NCBI GenBank assembly: GCA_963704725.1
Contig: OY969934.1
Location: 3,136,001-3,200,000 of the forward strand
Source: an uncultured Actinomycetes bacterium
GTDB taxonomy: Bacteria; Actinomycetota; UBA4738; HRBIN12
DNA length: 64,000 nt
Direction: 5' to 3'
Made by a program: the position numbers and the translations under genes. Under the pieces are notes generated by a model. The model was not told where the DNA came from and did not search any database. It worked only from the letters and a program-made list of their open reading frames with translations. Below are positions 8,150 through 17,294 of this stretch, piece by piece (position 1 is the stretch's first letter; each line of letters starts with the position of its first letter).

Positions 8150-8988
8150 TCGACCGCCTCCCGCGGGCGGTTCCGCATCAGCATCACGTCGGCCAGCGCG
8201 ACCAGCCCGGCCATCAGCAGTCCGAGCGCTGCCGCGCCGAACACGGCCGTGTACACCTTGGCCGGATCGCTCGTGGCCTCGCGGGCGTACTCGATGATCA
8301 GCCGTCCCACCCCGCCGGCCAGCCCGGTCGAGATCTCGGCCACGACGACGCCGACCACCGACGCCGTCGCCGCGAGCTTGAGCGCCGGCACGATGAACGG
8401 GACGGCCGCGGGGAACCGCAGCTTGAACAGCGTCTGCCGCCACGTGGCCGCGTACGAGTCCATCAGCTCGAGCGAGGCCGGGGGCGCGGACGTGAGCCCG
8501 CGCAACGTGCCCACCGCCACCGGGAAGAACGCCAGGAACGCCCCGAGCACCGCGGCCGACAGCCAGCGGGGCCACGCGAACGAGCCCAGGTGGAGCTTGC
8601 CGCCCCAGCTCACGACGAGCGGCGCGAGCGCGATCAGCGGAACGGTCTGCGAGATCACGAGGTACGGCAGCAGTCCCCGCTCGACCACCTCGAGCCGGGC
8701 CATGAGGATCGCCAGGCCGAACCCGACGAGCGCGCCCATGACGAATCCGGCGAGCGCCAGCCGGAGCGAGAACCACGCCCCGGAAAGGACCACGAGCAGG
8801 ATCGGCTCCGACGAACCCCGGCGCTCGGGCCGGGCGAAGCGCGAGAGCATCTCCCAGACGTGCGGCATGGCCTGGTCGCTCGTCCGCGGCAGGACCCTCC
8901 ACCCGAAGACGGTGCCGCCCTCGTCCGGGCCGAGCCACTTGTAGAGCTCCCACAGGACGGCCACCAGCAGCAGCGCCGACGCGAACAT
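8146..8988 (-). CDS. NitT/TauT family ABC permease
   Basis: TM helices; LMDSYAATWRQTLFKLRFPAAVP. Confidence 0.9.
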   Translation of the reverse strand: MFASALLLVAVLWELYKWLGPDEGGTVFGWRVLPRTSDQAMPHVWEMLSRFARPERRGSSEPILLVVLSGAWFSLRLALAGFVMGALVGFGLAILMARLEVVERGLLPYLVISQTVPLIALAPLVVSWGGKLHLGSFAWPRWLSAAVLGAFLAFFPVAVGTLRGLTSAPPASLELMDSYAATWRQTLFKLRFPAAVPFIVPALKLAATASVVGVVVAEISTGLAGGVGRLIIEYAREATSDPAKVYTAVFGAAALGLLMAGLVALADVMLMRNRPREAVE

Positions 8989-9080
8989 GGTCGCTCGCCG
9001 GCCGAGACGACGGACGTCCCCCCTCTCGGCATCCCCGGGATGCTAGTCACACCCCGCCGGACGCGCGACCCGCGACGGCG

Positions 9081-9791
9081 CTACCCCTCGGGCTCGACCC
9101 AGATCGAGCGGGCGACCTCGGTGGACAGCGCGACCTGGCGGCGCCCCACGCGGACGGAGATCGCGCCCGTCGAGGCCCGGGTCGCGGCGACCTGCACGCG
9201 CCGTCCCGTCACGAGCCCGGATTCGTCGAGCAGCCGGAGGAGGTCGGGGGCGTCGTGCTCGGCCACCTCCGAGATGCGCCGCACCAGGGCGGGCGTCCCC
9301 GGCTCGAGATCGGCGAGCGCGACGAGCGGGCCGTAGGGCGCCTCCCGCCCGGGGATGACGTTGCCGTGGGGACACGTGGCCGGCATCCCCAGGTGCGCGT
9401 CGAGGCGGTCGGTCAGCTCGGCCGACAGGGCCGGCGCGAGGCGTTGGGCCTCCTCGTCGGCCGCCGTCCAGTCCAGGCCGAGGCGGTCGGTCAGCCAGCG
9501 CTCCGCGAGCCGGTGGGCTCGCACGATCTGCTCGGCGAGCCTGCGTCCCCGGGGCGAGAGCGTCGCGCTCCGATCCGCCGCGACCCGGATCCACCCGTCG
9601 CGCTCGAGGCTCCGGAGCGTGGTGCTCACGGTGGCGGGGGTGACGTCGAGCCACTCGGCGACACGGCTCGGCCGGACGCGCTCGCCCTCCTGCTGGATGT
9701 AGAAGATCGTCTCGAGGTAGTGCTTCACCGTCTCGTCCCGCAGCGAGCGCGACCCGTCGCGGGGGCTCGCGTGCGTGGAGCGCTCGGGCAC
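9081..9791 (-). CDS. DtxR/MntR family metal-dependent regulator with FeoA domain
   Basis: YLETIFY, HTH, RAHRLAERWL, TCPHGNVIPG, C-terminal SH3-like domain. Start approximate. Confidence 0.88.
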   Translation of the reverse strand: MPERSTHASPRDGSRSLRDETVKHYLETIFYIQQEGERVRPSRVAEWLDVTPATVSTTLRSLERDGWIRVAADRSATLSPRGRRLAEQIVRAHRLAERWLTDRLGLDWTAADEEAQRLAPALSAELTDRLDAHLGMPATCPHGNVIPGREAPYGPLVALADLEPGTPALVRRISEVAEHDAPDLLRLLDESGLVTGRRVQVAATRASTGAISVRVGRRQVALSTEVARSIWVEPEG

Positions 9792-9817
9792 GAAGCCGGC
9801 CCCGGGTCCCGACGGCG

Positions 9818-10660
9818 TCAGCGAGCCACGATGTCGTCGTACGCGTCGGGCCGGCGATCGCGGTAGAACGCCCACCGGTCGCGCACCTCGCGGATCTTGC
9901 CGAGGTCGAGGTCGCGCACGATCAGCTCGGGCTTGTAGGCATCGCCGAGGTCGCCGACGAACTGCCCCTCGGGATCGACGAAGTAGCTCTGCCCGTAGAA
10001 GTCGTCGTCGCCGAGCGGCTCGATCCCGACGCGGTTGATCGCGCCGACGAAGTACATGTTCGCGACGGCCGCGGCCGGCTGCTCCAGGCGCCAGATGTAC
10101 TCGCTGAGCCCGCGGTGGGTGGCCGAGGGGTTGAACACGATCTCGGCGCCGTGCAGGCCGAGGATGCGCCAGCCCTCCGGGAAGTGGCGGTCGTAGCAGA
10201 TGTACACGCCGACCTTGCCCACCGCGGTCTCGAACACCGGGTACCCCTCGGTGCCGGGCGTGAAGTAGAACTTCTCCCAGAACCCCTTGACCTGCGGGAT
10301 GTGCTGCTTGCGGTACTTCCCCAGGTACGTGCCGTCGGCGTCGATCACCGCCGCGGTGTTGAAGTACTGGCCGGGCTGCACGATCTCGTACATCGGCAGC
10401 ACCATGACCATGCCGAGCTCCTTGGCCACGCTCTGGAACCGCTTCGTCGTCGGGCCGTCGGGGATGGGCTCGGTGTAGCTGTAGTACTCGGCGTCCTGCA
10501 CCTGGCAGAAGTACGGGCCGTAGAACAGCTCCTGGAAGCAGATGATCTCGGCGCCCTGGGCCGAGGCCTCGCGAGCCGCGTCCTCGTGCTTGTCGATCAT
10601 GGCCTCCTGGGTCCCGGCCCAGTCCGTCTGCAGCAGTGCGGCCTTCACCGTCCTCGCCAT
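9818..10660 (-). CDS. Nitrilase-family carbon-nitrogen hydrolase, probable beta-ureidopropionase
   Basis: FQELF, KYRKQHIP, WEKFYF, YICYDRHFPE (E-K-C triad); next to a pyrimidine-type ABC transporter. Confidence 0.88.
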   Translation of the reverse strand: MARTVKAALLQTDWAGTQEAMIDKHEDAAREASAQGAEIICFQELFYGPYFCQVQDAEYYSYTEPIPDGPTTKRFQSVAKELGMVMVLPMYEIVQPGQYFNTAAVIDADGTYLGKYRKQHIPQVKGFWEKFYFTPGTEGYPVFETAVGKVGVYICYDRHFPEGWRILGLHGAEIVFNPSATHRGLSEYIWRLEQPAAAVANMYFVGAINRVGIEPLGDDDFYGQSYFVDPEGQFVGDLGDAYKPELIVRDLDLGKIREVRDRWAFYRDRRPDAYDDIVAR

Positions 10661-10725
10661 CGCGCTCCTCCTGGCTCACGCCCGGGCCGTCGTCCCGGCC
10701 TTCCGCGATGGTAGCCATCCGGGCT

Positions 10726-10776
10726 CCGGGGCGCGAGGGGCCGAGCGCCGGGGCGCGAGGGGCCGAGCGCCGGGGC
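10726..10776. repeat. 22-bp tandem direct repeat (2.3 copies)
   Basis: CCGGGGCGCGAGGGGCCGAGCG x2 plus CCGGGGC, in the divergent intergenic region. Confidence 0.85.
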
Positions 10777-10839
10777 CAGCGGGTCGGTAGGGTCGGGATC
10801 GGGGGCAGACGTGGACGAGAGCGGATCGGGGTGAGAGGG

Positions 10840-11232
10840 ATGCTCGGATGGGTCGGCGACGTCGAGCGGACCACGCTCGAGAACGAGGCGTTCCGGACCG
10901 TGGTCTTCACCGGCGAGCACGTTCAGCTCACGGTGATGCGGCTCGGCCCGGGCGAGGACATCGGGCGCGAGGCGCACCCGGACACCGACCAGTTCCTGCG
11001 GATCGAGGCAGGGACGGGGCGGGTGGAGTTCGGCCGGAGCGAGGAGCGCGTGGACGAGACCCACGACGTCGAGGGCGACTGGGCCGTGGTCGTCCCCGCG
11101 GGCGTGTGGCACAACGTGGTGAACACCGGGCCCGGCGAGCTGAAGCTCTACTCGCTGTACGCGCCGCCCGAGCACCCCGACGGCACGGTGCATCGGACCA
11201 AGGCGGACGCGGAGGCCGCGGAGCAGGCCTGA
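10840..11232 (+). CDS. Cupin domain protein
   Basis: NEAFRTVVFTGEHVQLTVM...EAHPDTDQF...PAGVWHNVVN...YAPPEHPDG. Confidence 0.9.
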   Translation: MLGWVGDVERTTLENEAFRTVVFTGEHVQLTVMRLGPGEDIGREAHPDTDQFLRIEAGTGRVEFGRSEERVDETHDVEGDWAVVVPAGVWHNVVNTGPGELKLYSLYAPPEHPDGTVHRTKADAEAAEQA

Positions 11233-11237
11233 GCGCC

Positions 11238-12665
11238 ATGGACGTCCCAGGCGCGAACGATGCCTTCGGTCCCGCGTTCGAGACCGAGGCCGACCGCCTG
11301 ACGGGCACGGTCGTGCGCGAGGGGAACGCGGTGACGTTCCTGCCGAGCGGCGAGGCATCGTACGCGCGACGGTGGGAGCTCCTCGAGAGCGCGGAGCGCA
11401 CGATCCACCTCGTCACGTTCTCGATCATCGACGACGACACCAGCGAGCGACTCGCCCGGACGGTCGCCGAGAAGGTGCGGCAGGGTGTCGAGGTTTCGAT
11501 CGTGTGCGACGACGCGGCGCTGTACACGACGCGGTCGCGCGGCATCGTCGCGCAGATGCGCGCCGCCGGGGCCGAGGTGCTCTGCTACGACCCGCCGTTC
11601 CGCCACCTCGGGGTCGACCTCCGTCGCCGGCACAAGATCCGCCAGCTCCTCAATCGGGCACGGCGACAGTTCAAGCGGCGGTTCCACGAGAAGTACCTCG
11701 TGGCCGACGGGACGCGGGCGATCCTCGGCGGCATGAACTGGGGGTCGAAGTACGCGACGGGCGGCGAGGACCCCAAGGGATGGCGCGACACCGATTGCCA
11801 CCTCACCGGCCCGATCGTCGCGGACGTCGAGCGCCGCTTCCTGGGGTCGCTCCTGTACTCCCGGGCGATGGAGGAGGCGTGGCGACGCCGCCGGGAGTCC
11901 GGGTTCGACGGGGAGGCGCTGGTGGAGCGGGCCGTCGCGGAGGCCGAGACCGTGGAATCGAGCCGCCCGGAGTGCTTCCCCCCGCTCCCGCCGACGGGCG
12001 AGGACCGGCTCCGCTACGTCGGGCACAAGCCGTACGACGAGGAGCGCCTGCCGCTCACGAACGCGTTCGTCCAGGCCGTCCGCGCCGCGCGCCGGTCGGT
12101 GTGGTGGGGGTGCCACGGCGTCCGGCCGCCGCGGATCCTGGCCGAGACGCTGGCCGAGGCCGCGGCCCGGGGCGTCGAGGTCCATCTCATCAGCAACTCG
12201 AAGGCATCGTCCCGCTCGCTCATGGGCCACGGGCTGTACGGCTGGATGTACTGGGAGTGCGGCAACCACTTCCGCTGGCTGATCGAGCACGGGATCCACG
12301 TGCACCTGTGGCAGCGGCCCGGCGCGTTCCACTCGAAGAACTTCCTCGCCGACGACGAGCTGTGCGCGATCGGCTCGTACAACACCGCCAACGGGTCGGC
12401 GTTCCATCACACCGAGAGCGCGGTCTTCGCCTCGGGCGGTTCGCTGCCCGGGGAGGTCCGCGACCAGTTCGCGATCGACCTCCGCGACTGCCGCGAGCTC
12501 ACGCTCGCCGAGACGCGGCGCCCCGCGAGCTGGGCCGACCCGTTCCGCCGCGGCCTGCACGAGCGCAACCTGCTCGTCGACCGGTCGCTGTGGCCACGGG
12601 ACCTCGCCGCCGACCTCGACGCCGGCCGGTACTCGTGGAAGTACGGAGTGCCGCCGGCCTGGTGA
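11238..12665 (+). CDS. Phospholipase D superfamily (cardiolipin synthase-like) protein, no N-terminal TM seen
   Basis: Two HxKxxxxD motifs (HEKYLVAD, HSKNFLAD); GNAVTFL; WRDTD. Confidence 0.85.
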   Translation: MDVPGANDAFGPAFETEADRLTGTVVREGNAVTFLPSGEASYARRWELLESAERTIHLVTFSIIDDDTSERLARTVAEKVRQGVEVSIVCDDAALYTTRSRGIVAQMRAAGAEVLCYDPPFRHLGVDLRRRHKIRQLLNRARRQFKRRFHEKYLVADGTRAILGGMNWGSKYATGGEDPKGWRDTDCHLTGPIVADVERRFLGSLLYSRAMEEAWRRRRESGFDGEALVERAVAEAETVESSRPECFPPLPPTGEDRLRYVGHKPYDEERLPLTNAFVQAVRAARRSVWWGCHGVRPPRILAETLAEAAARGVEVHLISNSKASSRSLMGHGLYGWMYWECGNHFRWLIEHGIHVHLWQRPGAFHSKNFLADDELCAIGSYNTANGSAFHHTESAVFASGGSLPGEVRDQFAIDLRDCRELTLAETRRPASWADPFRRGLHERNLLVDRSLWPRDLAADLDAGRYSWKYGVPPAW

Positions 12666-12681
12666 GCGCTCGAAAGCCCGA

Positions 12682-13473
12682 TCACGCGTCGAGCTGGTCG
12701 AGGATCGCGTCCCGGACGCGCGCCTGGATCGCCTCGTCCGCGAACCGGAACAGGTCGGTGCCGTGCTCGCCGGTCGGGACCAGCAGGATCGCCTTGGGCT
12801 CGGAGGACCATGCGTAGAAGCGCCGGGCGGAGCTCGGCGCGTCGCCGTCCCGGCGGCCGGCGATGAAGAGCTTGGGGACGGCGATCGGCTCCATCGTCGC
12901 GGGCCGGATGTCGTACGCGCCGAGGAACTTCGGCGATGACAGGGTGATCACGCCGGCGAGGTCGGGGGGACCGGTGCTCGCTGCCTGCAGGCATGCGTCG
13001 CCGCCGACGCTCGCGCCGACGAGCCACACGCGCGTCGCCCCGCGTTCGCGAAGGACCCGGGCGGCGCCGAGCACGTCCATCCAGGTGTCCGCCAGCGCGC
13101 CGGGCTCCGAACACCCCCCGATGCCGCCCGGGCAATAGCCGCGGAAGTCGAACGTGAGGACGGCGAATCCGTGGGCCGCCAGCTCCGAGGCGACCTCGAA
13201 CCACGCGGTCTGGTCGTTGTCGATCTGGTGCGCCAGGACCACGCCGACGTCGCCGGCACCGAAGATCCGGCCGGCGAGCCGGGTGCCGTCGCCCGCCCGG
13301 AACCGCAGCGCCTCGGAGCTCGCCGGCGGTCCGTCGGATGCCGGATCCTCGGGCGACGGCGACATCGAGAGCCGGGCGGTCGTCGTCGGACGCGGCGCGG
13401 CAGCCGGGTCACCGGAGCAGGCCGCGAGGAGCGCGACCGCGGCGACCGGGGCGATCCACCGGCGAAGGTCCAC
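12682..13473 (-). CDS. Alpha/beta hydrolase lipoprotein
   Basis: Lipobox LLAAC; FDFRGY; GASVG nucleophile elbow; HGTDL. Start could be upstream (13527). Confidence 0.82.
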   Translation of the reverse strand: MDLRRWIAPVAAVALLAACSGDPAAAPRPTTTARLSMSPSPEDPASDGPPASSEALRFRAGDGTRLAGRIFGAGDVGVVLAHQIDNDQTAWFEVASELAAHGFAVLTFDFRGYCPGGIGGCSEPGALADTWMDVLGAARVLRERGATRVWLVGASVGGDACLQAASTGPPDLAGVITLSSPKFLGAYDIRPATMEPIAVPKLFIAGRRDGDAPSSARRFYAWSSEPKAILLVPTGEHGTDLFRFADEAIQARVRDAILDQLDA

Positions 13474-13507
13474 GACGGGAGATACGGTGACCGGGCGGGC
13501 CTCGGAG

Positions 13508-14059
13508 CTACGTGGCGGCGCGGTCATCCCGCCGGATCTCGTACCGGACGCCGAACCACACCTCGCCCTCGAACCGACGCTCGAACCGCTCGGTCAGGCG
13601 CATCCCCACCTTCTCGGCCACGCGGATCGACGGCGCGTTGTCGGCGCTCGCGTAGGCGCGGACGACGTCGGCCCCCAGCGCGTCGAACGCGTACGCGACG
13701 AGCGCCCGCACCGCCTCGGTGGCGTACCCGCGCCGCTGAAACCGGGGGTCCGTCGTGTACCCCACCTTGATCACGCCGTTCTCGCCCTCGGCCGGGCTCA
13801 GACCGACGTCGGCGACGAGCCGCCCGCTCGCGAGCTCCTCCACCGAGAGCTGCACCCATCCCGGCTCACCGGGCGCACGACCGGCCATCTCCTCGATCTC
13901 GGCACGGATGCCCTGGGGATCGGTCCGATCCCACCCCTGGTAGCGGCGGACCTCGGGAAGGCTCCGGTAGGCCGAGATGGCTTCGGCGTCCCCGGGCAGC
14001 GACCGGCGCAGCCGCAGGCGCTCGGTGACGATCGGCTCGAACCCCGTGTCGATGCTCAT
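13508..14059 (-). CDS. GNAT acetyltransferase (RimJ/RimL-like)
   Basis: TERLRLR, FQRRGYATEA, NAPSIRVAEKVGM. Confidence 0.9.
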   Translation of the reverse strand: MSIDTGFEPIVTERLRLRRSLPGDAEAISAYRSLPEVRRYQGWDRTDPQGIRAEIEEMAGRAPGEPGWVQLSVEELASGRLVADVGLSPAEGENGVIKVGYTTDPRFQRRGYATEAVRALVAYAFDALGADVVRAYASADNAPSIRVAEKVGMRLTERFERRFEGEVWFGVRYEIRRDDRAAT

Positions 14060-14080
14060 CGAAGCCCATACCGTACCCAG

Positions 14081-15079
14081 GTGGACCCGAGGACTCGCGT
14101 CGAGACCGCGCTGGCGCTCGGACGCCCGGACCGGCCGCCCGCGACGTGGTGGGGCCACACCTACGAGCAGGAGTGGTCGGCGGCCGACCTCGCCGCCGTC
14201 ACCGCCGCCCGGCAACGCGCGTTCGGCTGGGACCTGGTCAAGCTCCAGCCCCGGGCGAGCTGCTTCGCCGAGGCCTTCGGCTCCTCGTACCGGCCCTCCG
14301 GCGACGCCGGGACCGGCCCCGTCCTGGTGCGACCCGCGGTCGCCGGCCCGAGGGACTGGTCCCGCCTCCCCGAGGCCGACGCCACCTCGACGCCGCTGGC
14401 CGATCAGGTGGAGGCGGTGCGCCGCGTGGTCGGGGAGCTCGGGCCCTCGGTGCCGGTGCTCCAGACGGTGTTCTCCCCGCTCACCGTGGCGGGGTACCTG
14501 GTGGGCGAGGACAAGCCCCGCGCGGCGACGGCCCTCCGCGAGCGACCGGATCTCCTCGGCCCGGCGCTCGAGCGCATCGGTGACGCGCTCGCCGGCTTCG
14601 CCGCCGCCTCCGTGGACGCGGGTGCCGCCGGCATCTTCTACGCGATCTCCGGCTACGCCTCGCGTGACCTGCTCTCGTACGACGACTACGCCCGGCTCGC
14701 CCTCCCCCACGACCGCCGCGTGCTCGACGCCGTCCCGGCCGACGCGTGGTTCGACGTCCTGCATCTGTGCGGAGCGCGCGTGCACTTCGAGCTCGCGTCG
14801 TCGCTCCCCGCGCACGCCGTGAGCTGGTCGGTGCACGAGCCCGGCAACCCCTCGCTGGCCGACGGTCGCGACCTGACCGGTCGCGCCGTCATGGGCGGCG
14901 TGGACCACATCCGGACGCTCGTCCGCGGGGGGCCCGAGGACGTGCGCGCGCAGGTGGAGGCGGCCGTCGCCGACACGGACGGCGTCGGGCTGATCCTCGC
15001 GCCGGGGTGCTCGGTGCCGCCCGAGGCCCCGGAGAGCACCCTCCGCGCGCTCATGTTCGCGGCGTCCGCAACATCGTAG
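14081..15079 (+). CDS. Uroporphyrinogen decarboxylase-family protein
   Basis: DRPPATWWGH, QTVFSPLT, LHLCG, MGGVDH, ILAPGCSVP; divergent from canonical HemE. Confidence 0.8.
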   Translation: MDPRTRVETALALGRPDRPPATWWGHTYEQEWSAADLAAVTAARQRAFGWDLVKLQPRASCFAEAFGSSYRPSGDAGTGPVLVRPAVAGPRDWSRLPEADATSTPLADQVEAVRRVVGELGPSVPVLQTVFSPLTVAGYLVGEDKPRAATALRERPDLLGPALERIGDALAGFAAASVDAGAAGIFYAISGYASRDLLSYDDYARLALPHDRRVLDAVPADAWFDVLHLCGARVHFELASSLPAHAVSWSVHEPGNPSLADGRDLTGRAVMGGVDHIRTLVRGGPEDVRAQVEAAVADTDGVGLILAPGCSVPPEAPESTLRALMFAASATS

Positions 15080-15215
15080 GGACCCGTTCACCGCGCGGTA
15101 AGGCCCCCGCAAGACCCCTCCGGTATCCAGGGTGCAGCGCGGCACGAGCGAGGACCGGAGGAGGTGAGGATGCGCCGCGCGGACCGGCCCGACTCATCCC
15201 ACGGAGGTGCGATCC

Positions 15216-16310
15216 ATGCGAAGGCCTCTTCGGATCCTCGCGCTCGCGCTCGGGTCCCTGTTGATCTCTCTGCTCCTGTCGGCGCCGGCGTCGGCCGTCA
15301 CCACCGCCGGCGCCGTCTACGCGTTGTCGAACGACCCGGGCGGCAACGCCGTGCTCGTGTTCGACCGCGCGGACGACGGCACCCTGTCCCCCGCCGGATC
15401 GGTCCCCACCGGGGGGAACGGCTCCGGGGACGCGCTGGGCAGCCAGGGGGCGCTCGTCCTGACCGACGACGGCGCGTGGCTGCTGGCCGTGAACGCGGGC
15501 AGCGACGACGTGTCGGTCCTGTCGGTCGGCGCGACGGGGATCGCGGCGAGCGACGTCGCGCCCTCGGGAGGCACCCGGCCGATCAGCGTGACGGCGCATC
15601 GGAACCTCGTGTTCGTGCTGAACGACGGGACGGACTCCGTGTCCGGACTCCGGCTCGACGCGAGCGGCACGCTGACGCCGATCCCCGGCTCGACGGCCGG
15701 CCTCTCGGCACCCGGCGTGGACCCCGCACAGATCGAGTTCACGCCCGACGGCCACAAGCTCGTCGTGACCGAGAAGAACACGAACCTCATCGACGTCTTC
15801 AAGGTGACCTCGAGCGGTCGGATCTCGAAGCCGAGGGTCCAGGCGTCCGAGGGCGCGACGCCGTTCGGCTTCGCGTTCGACCGCTCCGGCCGGCTGTTCG
15901 TCTCCGAGGCGTTCGGCGGCGCGCCGGGCGCGAGCGCGGTGTCCGCGTACTCGGTCGGACCGACCGGGCTGCTCGGCACGATCAGCGCGTCGGTCCCGGA
16001 TCAGCAGGCGGCGGCGTGCTGGGTCGTCGTGACCGCGGACGGACGGTTCGCCTACACGACGAATACGGGCAGCAACTCGGTGTCGGGCTATGCGATCGCC
16101 GCCGACGGCTCGCTCACCCTCCTGCCGAGCGGGCCCGCACCCGCTGGAGGCGCCCCCGTCGACATGGGAGTCGCCGGAGGATACCTGTACGCGCGGAACT
16201 CCAGCTCTCAAGACATCAGCGCGTACGTGGTGGCCGACGACGGATCGCTGACCTCGATCGCGGGCGCGTCCGGGCTGCCGGCTTCGGCGGCCGGCCTGGC
16301 CGCCTCGTAG
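15216..16310 (+). CDS. Secreted lactonase-family beta-propeller protein
   Basis: Signal peptide; repeated blades (DGTLSPAG, ACWVVVTADGRFAYTTNTGS). Confidence 0.85.
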   Translation: MRRPLRILALALGSLLISLLLSAPASAVTTAGAVYALSNDPGGNAVLVFDRADDGTLSPAGSVPTGGNGSGDALGSQGALVLTDDGAWLLAVNAGSDDVSVLSVGATGIAASDVAPSGGTRPISVTAHRNLVFVLNDGTDSVSGLRLDASGTLTPIPGSTAGLSAPGVDPAQIEFTPDGHKLVVTEKNTNLIDVFKVTSSGRISKPRVQASEGATPFGFAFDRSGRLFVSEAFGGAPGASAVSAYSVGPTGLLGTISASVPDQQAAACWVVVTADGRFAYTTNTGSNSVSGYAIAADGSLTLLPSGPAPAGGAPVDMGVAGGYLYARNSSSQDISAYVVADDGSLTSIAGASGLPASAAGLAAS

Positions 16311-16395
16311 GGCGCGCGGGATCGACCAACACGCGGCCGGGCGGCCGGGGCTTCGTGCCCGATCGCCCGGCCGCCCCGGGCCGAGCGCGACGAGG

Positions 16396-17061
16396 TCACC
16401 CTCGGAACAGGCCGGCGACGACGTTCAGCGTCGTCGCCACGATCACCACGCCGAACAGGTACGACAGCAGCGTGTGTCGGAGCGCCGTCCGCCGGAACAC
16501 CCTCGCGGTGAGCGGCGTGTCCGAGACCTGATACGTCATCCCCAGCGTGAAGGCGAGGTACGCGAAGTCCACGTACGAGGGCGGCTCCTCCCCGAAGTCG
16601 ATGCCCCCGCCGCGCTCGTAGTACAGGCGGGCGTACCGGAGCGCGAACACCGTGTGGACGGCCGTCCACGACAGGCCCACGCTGAGCACCACGGCGCCGT
16701 TCACGAGCCCCGCGGAGACCCGGGAGAGCCCGGCCGCCTCCGCGAGCGCGAACCCCCCGCCGGCCAGGTTCATCACGGCCGCCAACAGCAGGACGACGTC
16801 CGCGGCCGCGCGCGACGAGTCCTCCCGCATCGCCACGAGCCTCGTGTGCTCGGCGTCCAGGTGCCCCACCCCCAGCCACACCCACCCCACGTAGAGCGCC
16901 ATCGCGGCGTCCCACCCGAGCAGGAGCGCGACCTGCCACGGGACGACGAAGGCGGTCGCGGCGCCCACGACCACCCCGGCGCCGATCGAGAGCCCCGCCC
17001 GCGTTCCGGCCCGGGCCCGGATCATCTCCCGGCCCGGGTCGCGCCTCGTCGGTCGATCCAT
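16396..17061 (-). CDS. DUF1345 family membrane protein
   Basis: HTVFALRYARLYY, DFAYLAFTLGMTYQVSDT, RHTLLSYLFG. Confidence 0.9.
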   Translation of the reverse strand: MDRPTRRDPGREMIRARAGTRAGLSIGAGVVVGAATAFVVPWQVALLLGWDAAMALYVGWVWLGVGHLDAEHTRLVAMREDSSRAAADVVLLLAAVMNLAGGGFALAEAAGLSRVSAGLVNGAVVLSVGLSWTAVHTVFALRYARLYYERGGGIDFGEEPPSYVDFAYLAFTLGMTYQVSDTPLTARVFRRTALRHTLLSYLFGVVIVATTLNVVAGLFRG

Positions 17062-17294
17062 CACCGGGTCCCGTCGCTCCGCATCGGCCCAGCCTACGGC
17101 CCCCGCGATCCCGCTCGGGGGCGGTCCGGACGCCCTCACGCCCGTGTGACCTTGGCCCCTACCTCGAGATGCGACCCTCCCGCAGCGTATGGGGGTCTGA
17201 CGGAAGGAAGGGCGCCAGAAACGGCGGAGCACCGATCGACGCTCGCGCCCACCCCGAGGCTCGGGTCGGGGACATCGACGAGGAGGAGCGACCG

